A stretch of 64,000 nucleotides of DNA from Candidatus Latescibacterota bacterium (GCA_965222605.1 OZ244960.1:4192001-4256000); one strand, 5' to 3'; positions 9,267 through 19,474 are shown, counted from the first letter of the stretch. Numbers and translations: made by a program. The notes: generated from the sequence alone by a model not told the origin.

Positions 9267-10730
9267 CTATTTCATTAATCCCAATATATCCTCATACACG
9301 GCCAGGCCACCAAAATAGGTAAAGGCCAGGCCCGAGATTATATTGAGCGCGATGAGAAACCAGCCCATTTGCAATGGGGGCGGGATGAATTTGCGGTCGA
9401 TATAAATCATGGCAAAGCACCAGGGACCGGCGAGAAATACCCCGGTGATGTGCAGTGGGATTGTCATAATCGAAATTGGGTTCCAGCCTACGCCATTCGG
9501 GTCTTGCGTAGCTGTCCACCAGGCATATAGAACCAGTGCGCTACCTGCAATAGCGGTGTAGCCCAGTGTCCATTTTCGCACGTCGTTCAATGATAGGTCG
9601 CGCCATTTGGGGGTTATTGCGCGAATGCTTTCATGCGCTGTGCGGACATATAGTTCATAAGCGCCGTACACGGTGCCAAAAATTGCGAAGAATACCCCGA
9701 GCTTATACAGTCCCGAGAGAAATGCTTTGACGCCCGCGCTTTCGTGCAATGCCGTTAAAAATACGACTTGATGATTGTAGAGATCCATACCGGACGGTAC
9801 GATTTCTCGTGGATGCAACAGGGCAGCGCCCAAAATCAAGAAGGCCGCTGTGAACAATAACACACTGCCAAATGATACGAGTGTATCGATTAGCGGTGCT
9901 TTTAACCACGCCTTGCCCAATTCGATATTTTCCTGGGATTCCGAGATCGCTTCGTGCCCATTGCTGCGTCGGCCAATCAATCCCCACGCCTTTTCGCGCA
10001 ACATGCCCACATATCCCACATAGTCCTGCACCCCGCCGCCGATCACGCCCATATACGCGACCATTTCGACAATTAGCGTGCGGTCTGCAAACATCGGATT
10101 GCGCGATACCCATTCTGGATATACCGGAAATGTGGGTACTATTGCACCCATTAGTGCGGCAACCCAATCGGGATTTGCCGCTACTGTCGCAATTAACATT
10201 ATCAGCAACATCAATCCCACGAGTGAGGTCTGCGCCTTTTCCAATAATCCATAACTTTGTTTCAGGGTTAGCACAATTAAAAATGCGATAAATATCAGGG
10301 CGATCAAATGTGGGGACTGCGCGGGGTCATCAAATAATATCCATGACGAAATTGTGCCGAGCATAATGGGCAGGCTGGATAAATAAAATGGAAAGCTCAC
10401 CACCATCACCAGGCCTACAACCGCTGGAAATAGTCCCCTTGGACCGGGCAATTGCGCCCAGCGCTCCATGGGGTGCTCGCCAGTTAGGGTCATATATCGC
10501 GCTGCGGAATACACTTGAATGACTTTGGTGATACAAAACAGGCTGAATGCCCAGAACATCGCATAGCCGAAAATCGCCCCGCTGCGCGATGCCCACACGG
10601 TTTCTCCGCTGCCGATCGTTACAGATGCGATAATCGCGCCTGGTCCGAAGAATTTTAAAAAATCGCCGACCTTCCGCGAGCGCAATGCCGCCGCCAGTTC
10701 TGGAAATTCCAATTTTTTTGATTCTGTCAT
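9267..10730 (-). CDS. Nramp-like / APC-superfamily membrane transporter
   Basis: FGPGAIIASVTIGSGE..SRSGAIFGY N-terminal motif and about 11 hydrophobic helices. Start at MTESKK after an AGGAG RBS. Confidence 0.7.
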   Translation of the reverse strand: MTESKKLEFPELAAALRSRKVGDFLKFFGPGAIIASVTIGSGETVWASRSGAIFGYAMFWAFSLFCITKVIQVYSAARYMTLTGEHPMERWAQLPGPRGLFPAVVGLVMVVSFPFYLSSLPIMLGTISSWILFDDPAQSPHLIALIFIAFLIVLTLKQSYGLLEKAQTSLVGLMLLIMLIATVAANPDWVAALMGAIVPTFPVYPEWVSRNPMFADRTLIVEMVAYMGVIGGGVQDYVGYVGMLREKAWGLIGRRSNGHEAISESQENIELGKAWLKAPLIDTLVSFGSVLLFTAAFLILGAALLHPREIVPSGMDLYNHQVVFLTALHESAGVKAFLSGLYKLGVFFAIFGTVYGAYELYVRTAHESIRAITPKWRDLSLNDVRKWTLGYTAIAGSALVLYAWWTATQDPNGVGWNPISIMTIPLHITGVFLAGPWCFAMIYIDRKFIPPPLQMGWFLIALNIISGLAFTYFGGLAVYEDILGLMK

Positions 10731-10798
10731 GGTTTCTCCTATTGAAAAACCCCAGCCCAACCGATTTTACGGAGGACTGAGGACAGGAAGGTGCGGCA

Positions 10799-11737
10799 TT
10801 ATTTTACGGCTATCGGATTTCCCGGGGAACCCGTCCCGCCTTTTAGGCGCAATGGCGAAAATATAAATGCAAATTCATACACTTGATCTTTAGCCAGTTC
10901 TTCCAGGTCCAGGTTTTCCAGGATGTAAATCCCATGCTGGACGATTAGCAGTTGATGTACGGGAAAAGCCAGCGCGGGATCCTCGCCAGGTACGACTTCT
11001 AAGCCCCAGGTATCGCCTGCGACCATCGCAATTTTTTGATCTACCAGCCACTGGCCCACAGCCATTCCTATACCCGGTTGGCCGGCATTGAATGTTTCGT
11101 TGTCTTTCATCCACAGGGTGCCGTGTCCCGTGCGGAAGATCACCACATCGCCTTCTCCAACCGATACATTCTGCTTTTTTAACGCTCCCTCAACATCTGC
11201 CACTGTAATTACGTATCCGACCTCCAATCGCTCGACACCTTTGTATCCCGCCACGTCTATTAGTACGCCGCGCGTGAAGAATACCCCCACGTTTTCCACG
11301 CCTAATTTTTCCAGGCCATAAGCTTTGCTAAAGTCCGAGCGCTTAAAGCCATTGTAAAATACATCTTCGTTTCCTATCCGCGTGCCAATATGCCCCAATC
11401 CATCGAATTGTGTACCGATTTGACCAATTTCGCCACTGAACATCTCGTCGTGCCACACGAGTTTGTTATCACCGAGCGGCCCACCACTTGGCCCGCCCAC
11501 GATTATCAAACTGTAATGCCTTGAACCAAATAGCGGTATTCCGTGTTCATATACCTTTCCCAATTGATATATTTTGCCCGTTTTGATCAATTTGTTCGCT
11601 TCCATCACTTTGGCAGGTGTCAAACGGTTTGCGGCACCCCGTTGATCTTCGGGACCCCACTCCGATGGGGATTGCTGGGCATATCCCGACACCAGCATCA
11701 AATTGACCAGTAGTGCTACAAACAGTATGCGTTTCAC
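10799..11737 (-). CDS. secreted putative cyclase / kynurenine-formamidase-like metal hydrolase
   Basis: GTG start after AAGGAGG, signal peptide, WGPEDQRGAANRL, IGTQFDGLGH, HQLLIVQHGIYILENL, GGTGSPGNPIA. Confidence 0.8.
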   Translation of the reverse strand: MKRILFVALLVNLMLVSGYAQQSPSEWGPEDQRGAANRLTPAKVMEANKLIKTGKIYQLGKVYEHGIPLFGSRHYSLIIVGGPSGGPLGDNKLVWHDEMFSGEIGQIGTQFDGLGHIGTRIGNEDVFYNGFKRSDFSKAYGLEKLGVENVGVFFTRGVLIDVAGYKGVERLEVGYVITVADVEGALKKQNVSVGEGDVVIFRTGHGTLWMKDNETFNAGQPGIGMAVGQWLVDQKIAMVAGDTWGLEVVPGEDPALAFPVHQLLIVQHGIYILENLDLEELAKDQVYEFAFIFSPLRLKGGTGSPGNPIAVK

Positions 11738-11771
11738 GATTTCCCTCCTTTGAAAAGATACAGATTCGCGA

Positions 11772-12644
11772 TTAAGCCTTCTCATAAAGTGCGATGCTTA
11801 CCTGTGTGCCGGGGAATAGCGCAGATGGATATACCCACATATCGTCTCCCCGAATGTACACCCGTTCATCTCCTGAGCGGATATGTAAACGCCCGCTGTT
11901 TTCCTGGCAGATTTGTTTCACAATGTATAGACCCAGCCCCCGCGTATCGCCCCGCGAAACGGTCTTTTGAATTGCCATTTTTATTGCCTGTCCGTGCGAC
12001 CAGTGCGCTGCATCGTGTCCTGTTGATAAGCTTTCGCGAATGCCAATGCCCAGGTCGCATACGCCGATGATCGCAAATTTTCTGTTCAATCTGTGATTGG
12101 TATAGCGTTGCGCGACCACAAACCCTTTATCTCCGCTGTGGTCCAGGATATTGTGACACAATTCGGCTACGACGTTTTTAAATCCCGTAATTTCTCGCAC
12201 GGTATAGTGCAGTTCTTCGCTCAAGATGGTGCCGACCCGCGATTCAATTACACTCAGAACTTGCTCGATATCGCTTCTTTGCTCGATGGTCGTAATTTCC
12301 AGCAGGCTTTCGTTGCGGGTTCGCGGCTGTCCCGTTTGCGGTGCTCGCGCTACTGTCACATAAGACATGAGCGAGTCAAATACTTTCATTCGAGTTAAAT
12401 AACGCTCGACGTCTGAATTCTCGGGCAGTCGGCATGTAATATCCCAGTATTTGGCACTCAGATGTCGGCCAATCAAACACAACATCCCCATCCCATAGGG
12501 ATCGACAAAACCCAAATTTGACAGATCCAGAACGATATTGTCTTCATCTCGCTGCGACGAGAATGCTCCGAGATCGCGCAGTACATTGTCACACGAAACA
12601 GCCGATAAATTCTGTTCCGCTATCGCCAGCGTGTCGTTATTCAT
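11772..12644 (-). CDS. STAS-like + HATPase_c (anti-sigma-kinase-like) ATP-binding protein
   Basis: N-terminal LDLSNLGFVDP; C-terminal ELCHNILDHS, DLGIGI, RGLGL, GTQV GHKL boxes. Confidence 0.7.
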   Translation of the reverse strand: MNNDTLAIAEQNLSAVSCDNVLRDLGAFSSQRDEDNIVLDLSNLGFVDPYGMGMLCLIGRHLSAKYWDITCRLPENSDVERYLTRMKVFDSLMSYVTVARAPQTGQPRTRNESLLEITTIEQRSDIEQVLSVIESRVGTILSEELHYTVREITGFKNVVAELCHNILDHSGDKGFVVAQRYTNHRLNRKFAIIGVCDLGIGIRESLSTGHDAAHWSHGQAIKMAIQKTVSRGDTRGLGLYIVKQICQENSGRLHIRSGDERVYIRGDDMWVYPSALFPGTQVSIALYEKA

Positions 12645-12648
12645 GTGT

Positions 12649-15084
12649 TTAGTTGCGCACGCGGAATATGGCTCTGCGTTTGGCGCGTTTTTTGACCTGC
12701 AAATCCGTTACTGCGACTTCGAGTTTGTACACGCCGCGCGGCATTTTTGACAGGTCGATTTCCAGGAAGGTGAAGTCGTCGGTTTTGTCGCCTGCATATA
12801 CCGAACTGATCGATGTGCGGCTTTGCTGACCGGCTCGGCGCAGTTCTTCGAGGGACTCGGCCATCAAATTGCGTTCGGCCGGCATGTATTGCACTTCAAA
12901 ATCTACGGTTTTGGCTTTGAGATTTTCTTCACCGCCGGCCATGGCATCGCCAGACTGGGCTTCTTCGTCTGGCATCTCATCTTCGCCACTTGCGCCATCT
13001 GTGCCGTCGAGCGCGCTGCCTGCGGCGAGTATTTCACTACTGGAGCGATCATCTTCTGTTCCTGCTTGCGCCAGTTCTTCAGCGGTTGGCACAATCAGCA
13101 ATCCGCCTACTCTTTTAAGGGCTACGGCACCAAACATCGCGGGATTTACTTCCTCATTATCGGGTACGCTAATGGTGTAGGTGATTTCGTATTGGGTGCG
13201 CCCAAATTCGTCTTTTTTCAGGTTGTAGATTTCCAGATAAACATAGGCCGATTGCCCGGTGCGATACGCGCGGAGAGGATTGGGTGCAATGCGTAGATCC
13301 ATTCGCTTTTCGGGAAAGGGATTGACCAGTTCAATTTTCTTGGCGAGCAACAGATCGCTCATATCCAGGCGCGATTCGGATACGGACAAAAGGCGTTCTG
13401 TGCGGAATGTGCCGATGGAGCCGCTGTTCCTGTCTCCCACTTCGACCACGATATTATACGTGCCCTGGGGAAGTGTCATGGCGCGTTGGCCCAATAAATA
13501 CTGCGGTGTATTGCCCCCTTTGGGCTTCTGTTGCCCGAGCGGGCGCACATTGCGGTAGATATCTCGCCACAGGTAATCGAACATAAATAAACCGTCATCC
13601 ATAACGATCATCTGATCGTCATTTGCTTTTAATTTGCCCGTGGGAATGGCATAAGCGATTTCCATGCGCATATTTTTTCCTGAGCGGAAGGCGGTGATCT
13701 GGTGTGGCATGGAGTATTTTCTGCTCTGGAATGGATCGACAAATCGCGCTTCTTGTTTCTTAAACGCCGCGCGATTTTGTATCTCAAAATACTCTTCGCG
13801 CATCTTATCGCTCGCCCATCGCGTGTTAGTAGATTTTCTGAAGAGCGTTTGTTCTACTTGCCTTGAATCCACATTGCGCGTTCTCAGCGCGTTGGGGTCT
13901 CCGCCTATGACATCCACTGTGCTGCTCGGTCCTACTTCGCCTGCAAATCCCCAACCGTCAACGCCATTCACACTTTGAAAGGTGAACCTGTATCCCCCGT
14001 AATACCACGTTTCTTTGAACATGGGAAATACGCCCGTTGTGCGGCGCCGATATTTTCCGTATTTGATATAGGTTTGTCCGCGAATGGTTTTCCACCCTTC
14101 GATATTCCGCGCGGGTACGCTAAAGCGCAAATTTGCATAGGCCACGCGGCCGTAGTGCTCCATCCGCCGCTCGTTGTGATTGGTCAAAAATAGGGGATCG
14201 TTCTTGTTCCAGAATTGCGTCAATGCCTCAGAATCCTTCCACTCGCCATCTTCGCCTACTTGCATGGCTTTTGAGATGCGCGCATTGTCTTCTTTTGAAG
14301 CGATGAGATCCACGGATTCCATCATTTTGCGCTGTTCGGATTCCATGGCTGCAATGGCCTGCTCATACAATTTGTTCGCCTCTAAAAGCTCTCCCTTAAG
14401 TTGATGCGAGTAGGCCAAGAACAACTGTGCGTTGGTATCGCCAGGGAATCTCCGCATCATCCGCCGCATCACCCGTTGCATCGCAGGGATTCTTCTGTGT
14501 TCCAGATGAGCCAGTCCCAACAGATAATAGGAGTCCTGATAGTCCGCATCGACCTCCAGGCTTTTTTCCAATAGCATCACGGCCTGGTCGTATTCGTTCT
14601 TGGCAAAAGTTCGAATGGCTCGCCGCTGCGGTATTACCCGGTCGCGCGTGATCATGTATTCGCCGAATATATGGCGTCCGGCATCGTAGGCTGCAACGGC
14701 TGCATTGGGAAATTTTTCAATGACTTTTTCGTAATGCGCCTTTGCCTCGCGCTGAAACCCCCTGTTCCACAATGCCTCGCCGTGCAAGAGCTGATATTGC
14801 AGATTTTCCGGGTCAATCCGAATCGCTTTTTCACTAACTTCTACTGCGCGGCGTCGAAACTCGGGCGTGTCCAGGCGAATGTAGAGGCGTGTCAGTTGTG
14901 CAAGCGCTGGGGCGTATTTGCCGTTTTTCTTGAGTAATTGCTTAAATTCTTCTGCACTTTCTTTGGGTTCAATCTCATTCATGCGCGCGAGTGCGGCGTG
15001 ATACAGCGAATCTACTTCGCTCTGTGCAGCCCATGCCGGTGCCGCGATCAGGCAGCCGAGGATCAAAAGCGGGCGTATTGTCAT
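12649..15084 (-). CDS. secreted TPR-repeat GWxTD-domain protein
   Basis: 811 aa. Signal peptide (AAPAWAA), TPRs, FWNKNDPLFLTNHNERRMEHYGRVAYANLRF..EGWKTIRGQTYIKYG. Confidence 0.8.
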   Translation of the reverse strand: MTIRPLLILGCLIAAPAWAAQSEVDSLYHAALARMNEIEPKESAEEFKQLLKKNGKYAPALAQLTRLYIRLDTPEFRRRAVEVSEKAIRIDPENLQYQLLHGEALWNRGFQREAKAHYEKVIEKFPNAAVAAYDAGRHIFGEYMITRDRVIPQRRAIRTFAKNEYDQAVMLLEKSLEVDADYQDSYYLLGLAHLEHRRIPAMQRVMRRMMRRFPGDTNAQLFLAYSHQLKGELLEANKLYEQAIAAMESEQRKMMESVDLIASKEDNARISKAMQVGEDGEWKDSEALTQFWNKNDPLFLTNHNERRMEHYGRVAYANLRFSVPARNIEGWKTIRGQTYIKYGKYRRRTTGVFPMFKETWYYGGYRFTFQSVNGVDGWGFAGEVGPSSTVDVIGGDPNALRTRNVDSRQVEQTLFRKSTNTRWASDKMREEYFEIQNRAAFKKQEARFVDPFQSRKYSMPHQITAFRSGKNMRMEIAYAIPTGKLKANDDQMIVMDDGLFMFDYLWRDIYRNVRPLGQQKPKGGNTPQYLLGQRAMTLPQGTYNIVVEVGDRNSGSIGTFRTERLLSVSESRLDMSDLLLAKKIELVNPFPEKRMDLRIAPNPLRAYRTGQSAYVYLEIYNLKKDEFGRTQYEITYTISVPDNEEVNPAMFGAVALKRVGGLLIVPTAEELAQAGTEDDRSSSEILAAGSALDGTDGASGEDEMPDEEAQSGDAMAGGEENLKAKTVDFEVQYMPAERNLMAESLEELRRAGQQSRTSISSVYAGDKTDDFTFLEIDLSKMPRGVYKLEVAVTDLQVKKRAKRRAIFRVRN

Positions 15085-15120
15085 GGGAGAGCTCCTTGTA
15101 AGGGATTCTGGTGAGGGGTC

Positions 15121-16194
15121 TTAAAATCTGTAAAATGCTTTTGCATTTTCGTACAGAATTTTTCCCAACAATGCATCCGACAAGCCCCTGGGAATTGCGT
15201 CTATCGGCGCGTCGAAATGATAGTGTGGATAGTCTGTTGAAAACATCAGCATGTCATCGGAGTCCAGATGTCCTATGACTTGCAACAGATGTTCGGCTTC
15301 TGGCGGGGCGTCCAGGGGCTGTAGCGTCATCCGAATGTGTTCGCGGATGTATTCCGACGGTGGGCGTTTGACCCACGGGATATCGCGCCGCAGCCCTTTC
15401 CACTCTTTATCCATGCGCCACATCCATGCCGGCATCCATGTCCAGCCGCCTTCGATGAGTATCACGCGCAATTCTGGAAACCGATCAAACGCGCCTTCTA
15501 CCACCAGACTCATGACCTGTGACTGAAATATTTGCGCCATGTCGGCCATTTCTTCGGCGTAGGTCGAAGGCCAACCAACGGGCGTGGGCGGCAGACTCGA
15601 TGCGCCGCCGTAGTGTATCCCAATGGCGAGATCGCGTTTTACCGCTGCTTCGAATAATGGGTCGTACACGCGCTTGCCATAAGGTTGATATGATCTGACC
15701 GGCACAATGACCTGCACAAAGCCCGGATGATCGCCAAACCGTTCGATTTCGCGTGCGGCGAGTACTGGATTTTGGCTGGACACTACGAGGGAGGCGCGCA
15801 ATCGCTCGTCTTTGTTTAACCACGCGTCGATTTGCCACTGGTTGATCGCGGTAGCAAGCGATGCGGACAAGTCCTCGTTGTGTACGCTTTGTACGCGATA
15901 AGCACAGGTTAAGATCCCGATTTCGACATCCCATGCGTCCAGTGCCTGTTTTTTTAGCAATTCAAAATCAGACCCCGGTGGACCATTTTTCGGCTTTGTG
16001 CCTTTTCGCGCAGATGTGGGTGCTCGCGCGGGATAATCACTTGCATTGGGTCCCACAAATGCCGATTCGTTAATGTACGCAACCCAGTGTTCTTCCAGAT
16101 ATGGAATCAGGGTGTCCAAACTGGGCAATTCGTTGTGAATATCACAGTCGATGATGGGGTGATAAAAGGGGTTGGCAGGTGTATTGCGCGCCAT
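15121..16194 (-). CDS. amidohydrolase-2 family protein
   Basis: IIDCDIH, IGIHYGG, FDRFPELRVILIEGG, LMFSTDYPH, ILYENAKAFY. Confidence 0.85.
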   Translation of the reverse strand: MARNTPANPFYHPIIDCDIHNELPSLDTLIPYLEEHWVAYINESAFVGPNASDYPARAPTSARKGTKPKNGPPGSDFELLKKQALDAWDVEIGILTCAYRVQSVHNEDLSASLATAINQWQIDAWLNKDERLRASLVVSSQNPVLAAREIERFGDHPGFVQVIVPVRSYQPYGKRVYDPLFEAAVKRDLAIGIHYGGASSLPPTPVGWPSTYAEEMADMAQIFQSQVMSLVVEGAFDRFPELRVILIEGGWTWMPAWMWRMDKEWKGLRRDIPWVKRPPSEYIREHIRMTLQPLDAPPEAEHLLQVIGHLDSDDMLMFSTDYPHYHFDAPIDAIPRGLSDALLGKILYENAKAFYRF

Positions 16195-16208
16195 GGTAAC
16201 TGTCCTGA

Positions 16209-17021
16209 TTAATATCCCGCTCCGCGACAATACTGATACATTTTGGCACTTCGGGTCGCTTCATCTATCGCGTTTTCGCCCTCGCGAATCGGCGCGCCCG
16301 GGCAGGCTGTTACCCACCGATCATATCCCATATCTTCAAGTACGTTTGCCAGATCGGGAAAGTCCAATGCCTCGGCTATGCCGACAGAGACCCAGGCGGG
16401 CGTAAATCGCTCCTCTGCATCCCGCGTGATATTCTCATCTGCCCAATCCTGCAAATGGACGTAATTGAGCTGGTCTTGAAAGTCGCGCAACGATTGGGCG
16501 GCGTCATAGTCCCAGAGTTGTGCGTGCGATACGTCGATACACAGTTTTGCTTTCTCGAGGTGTTGCATATACAGCGTCCAGTCTTCTTTGGAATCTACCA
16601 GCAGATTTGTGTGGATGTGATAACTCAATTCCAGATCGTATTGCGCCGCGTAATCAGCCCAGTTGTCTGCCGCTTCAGCCGCCTGTTTAATATCGTCTTC
16701 GGTGATGTCCCGATCTTTGGGTTTGGGACCGCTCATGTACATAAAGCAATCCACTTCCATCTCGGCGGCAAAATCAATTCGCCGCTTGTTGCGTTCCTGG
16801 TGTTCTCGATCGGATATTTCGGGCGATCCCTGCGCTGTGTACACCACCATGGGCAGCCCGACATTGTCACAAATTTTCCGAACTCGACCCGCTGGTCCCA
16901 ACCAATCCAGCGGCAATCGACATTCCCAGCCGTCCCAGCCCGCTTTTTTCAGGGCTTCAAGAGCGCGCTCCAGATCTGGATTTCTCCATCGCAATGCACA
17001 GTATCCGAGTTTAAATGCCAT
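16209..17021 (-). CDS. sugar-phosphate isomerase/epimerase (TIM barrel, IolE-like)
   Basis: GWDGWE, LSYHIH, LCIDVSH, YVHLQD, GYDRWV. Confidence 0.7.
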   Translation of the reverse strand: MAFKLGYCALRWRNPDLERALEALKKAGWDGWECRLPLDWLGPAGRVRKICDNVGLPMVVYTAQGSPEISDREHQERNKRRIDFAAEMEVDCFMYMSGPKPKDRDITEDDIKQAAEAADNWADYAAQYDLELSYHIHTNLLVDSKEDWTLYMQHLEKAKLCIDVSHAQLWDYDAAQSLRDFQDQLNYVHLQDWADENITRDAEERFTPAWVSVGIAEALDFPDLANVLEDMGYDRWVTACPGAPIREGENAIDEATRSAKMYQYCRGAGY

Positions 17022-17042
17022 GATAATCTCCTTTCTCCCACT

Positions 17043-18281
17043 TTATCTAAACAGTTTCCGATATTCTCGATCAAATGCGTCCAATCCGTCATCCAGTTTT
17101 AATTCCAGACGAATGCCCGGTAGAAAGCCCGTTAGTTTGCCCGCTAAGAAATCGTCGCGATAGCTTCCGTCTGGATAATGGGTCTGTCGTCCGTCGGGCC
17201 AGCATATTGTGTGAATCTGTCGCTTTTCTTCGAGCTTAAAATCTGGATCAACGCGATAGCGCTCAATGACATCCCAGTCCAGTTCAATACCCAATCCCGG
17301 TGCATTGGGTACGCGAATATGCCCTCCTTCTACTTTGAAATCTTTGACGAGTGGATGCGTCCAAATGTTCACGCAGGGGATCGCGGGCCAGCGCGCATGA
17401 GATAATACAGCGCCCAAATGCACGCCCCACATGGTGGTCAATCCCGATCCCACCAGTTGTAGCCAGAATGGCATGTTGGCTTCTGCAGCGAGGGTGCCCT
17501 GTTTCATGACGCGACTCGCACCACCGCCTACGACAAATCCGTCGCATACGCCCTCGCGCACTGCTGTCATAAAGGGCGGATTGCCAAAGTGCATGGCGAT
17601 TGGACTGGCAATTTTTTCCCGCAACAGGGCGTTGCCCGCTACGTCGTTTTGCGGTATTGGCGTTTCGACCATTGCCAGTTGGCTATACGTGTCTTCCAAC
17701 CGCCGAATCAAGGGCGCGGCTTGATCCACGCCGAGCAATAGACCATTGAAATCTGCATCGATCTTAAAATAATCCGGTACAAATTTTTTTATGGCTGCAA
17801 GTTGTGCTTCGGGATAAAACCAGGGGCGCGCCTTTACCTTCATTGTCGTGAATCCGTGATCTATTGCTGCCTGTGCTTCCATAACCCATTCTTCGGGGGT
17901 GCGGTCCTGAGACCACCACGATACGGGACACGTTTCTCGATATTGCACACCCATTAGTTTGTGACACGGCACACCGAGTGTTTTTCCCGCTGCGTCGAAG
18001 AGTGCCATTTGCAAGCCCGCGCCGAGGCTGTCATCCCACAAAAAATCGAATATGTTCTTTCCGCGCACGCGGGCAAATTGCTTTTCATTCGATTGTCCCC
18101 ACGTATATCGCGTCAGGGTTTCGCCATATCCGGTTACTCCCGCAGAGGTCGTTATTTTGCACACATCTACAAGTGCCCAAAATGGAACCCGAGTTTGTTT
18201 TACCTTTGCACACCGCGGATGAAATGGGACGTGCAGAAGAATGTGTTCAATATCCGCAACTTCGCAGTCTTTGGAGGTCAT
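17043..18281 (-). CDS. mandelate racemase / muconate-lactonizing enolase-superfamily protein
   Basis: GVTGYGE, MALFDAAGKTLGVP, MKVKAR, IDADFN, VETP, PGLGIELD. Confidence 0.8.
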   Translation of the reverse strand: MTSKDCEVADIEHILLHVPFHPRCAKVKQTRVPFWALVDVCKITTSAGVTGYGETLTRYTWGQSNEKQFARVRGKNIFDFLWDDSLGAGLQMALFDAAGKTLGVPCHKLMGVQYRETCPVSWWSQDRTPEEWVMEAQAAIDHGFTTMKVKARPWFYPEAQLAAIKKFVPDYFKIDADFNGLLLGVDQAAPLIRRLEDTYSQLAMVETPIPQNDVAGNALLREKIASPIAMHFGNPPFMTAVREGVCDGFVVGGGASRVMKQGTLAAEANMPFWLQLVGSGLTTMWGVHLGAVLSHARWPAIPCVNIWTHPLVKDFKVEGGHIRVPNAPGLGIELDWDVIERYRVDPDFKLEEKRQIHTICWPDGRQTHYPDGSYRDDFLAGKLTGFLPGIRLELKLDDGLDAFDREYRKLFR

Positions 18282-18296
18282 TTTGAACTCTCTTTG

Positions 18297-18968
18297 TTAT
18301 ACGATCAATTGACCGATATCGCAATTGTGGGCGTCGCAGTACCACAGGACCCCGCCGTGCATGGTCATGCCGTGTACTTCATCGGGGGCTTCTACGCGAA
18401 TTACATCGTACACGCGCCCATCTGCTGTGCCGAGTAAATTTACCGTGCCTGCGGATGTATCCGCAACCCATAGTTTGTCGTCTTGCCAGGCCAATCCGTG
18501 GTTGCGGAGGCCCGGTGTTCGAAATGTGTGTTCTTCTGTCCATGTCTCGGCATCTACCACATGTACAAATTGCGAGGGTGGAGACGCAATATAAATTTTG
18601 CCATCGCGCCATTCCAATCCGTGTGCGCCGGTTTCTGAGGCTCCTTCCATGCCTTCGCGCAAGGACGTGACACCAACGCCGGGAGAATCGTATTTTGCAA
18701 TGGTTTTGCCTGTTTCCATGTCGAGTTTTGCAATTTGCAACTCAAATGTGGATGCAATCCACACATACCCGCCACCGAGTGTAATCCCACTGGAATGATC
18801 TGTGTCTGTTTGCGCCTCAAATAGCACGTCGCCCGTTTCCCAATCTACTTTGTAAATTTTTAGATCCACTTGATCTATAATCCACAGGCCATCTGGCGCG
18901 GCTTGCAAGCCATTGGGCTGGGGACCTGGACTCTTGAAACGCGTTTCGACCTTTGCTATTTTAATCAT
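18297..18968 (-). CDS. beta-propeller protein (glutamine cyclotransferase / YncE-like)
   Basis: Repeated blades PGPQPNGL, SSGIT, AHGLEW, RNHGLAW, VHGMT. Confidence 0.55.
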   Translation of the reverse strand: MIKIAKVETRFKSPGPQPNGLQAAPDGLWIIDQVDLKIYKVDWETGDVLFEAQTDTDHSSGITLGGGYVWIASTFELQIAKLDMETGKTIAKYDSPGVGVTSLREGMEGASETGAHGLEWRDGKIYIASPPSQFVHVVDAETWTEEHTFRTPGLRNHGLAWQDDKLWVADTSAGTVNLLGTADGRVYDVIRVEAPDEVHGMTMHGGVLWYCDAHNCDIGQLIV

Positions 18969-19028
18969 GGTTATAGCTCCTGTTCGTTAGCTGTTAATGT
19001 GAATTAAGGATTAAAAGCACCCCCCATC

Positions 19029-19108
19029 CTGGACGCCTGCTTAAGGCATGCAGGCGTGACGATAGGAATAGCACCCGTCATCGCGGCATGTTTTTAGCCG
19101 CGATCCAG
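19029..19108. repeat. inverted pair of CGTC-type REP-like palindromes
   Basis: 19029-19061 CTGGACGCCTGC..GCAGGCGTGACG and 19076-19108 CGTCATCGCGGC..GCCGCGATCCAG are hairpins with the same CGTCA...TCCAG ends in opposite orientation. Confidence 0.7.
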
Positions 19109-19194
19109 AAGGGTTTTTGTCATTACTATCGTTGTGGTATTGTAAGTGGTCAGTTCCTCCGTCCCTACTGATCCTGAAATCACTTATGACGTAT

Positions 19195-19373
19195 CTGACG
19201 TTACGCATAGGCAGAATATAATGCGCCTGTCATTCTGAGCGGAGCGCAGCGGAGTCGAAGGAGCGGTGTACAACTGCGATAGCAGTTCATCTATGACTTC
19301 AGAGGTATAAGATGCTTCGTCACCCTATCGGCCTCCTCAGCATGACAGAAACGCGAGACCTGCGTAACATCAG
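19195..19373. mobile_element. MITE-like element with nested inverted repeats
   Basis: Outer IR CTGACGTTACGCA (19195) / TGCGTAACATCAG (19361-19373), 12/13 match. Inner IR CTGTCATTCTGAG (19227) / CTCAGCATGACAG (19336-19348), 12/13 match. Non-coding. Confidence 0.55.
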
Positions 19374-19474
19374 TGATGTAATTTAATACATCTTTTGCTT
19401 GAAGCAAGTTATTGTACTATGCTACATTTTCTTTGACTTGTCGTTTTTTGATTGCCATTTTGTCTTTTAAGACC

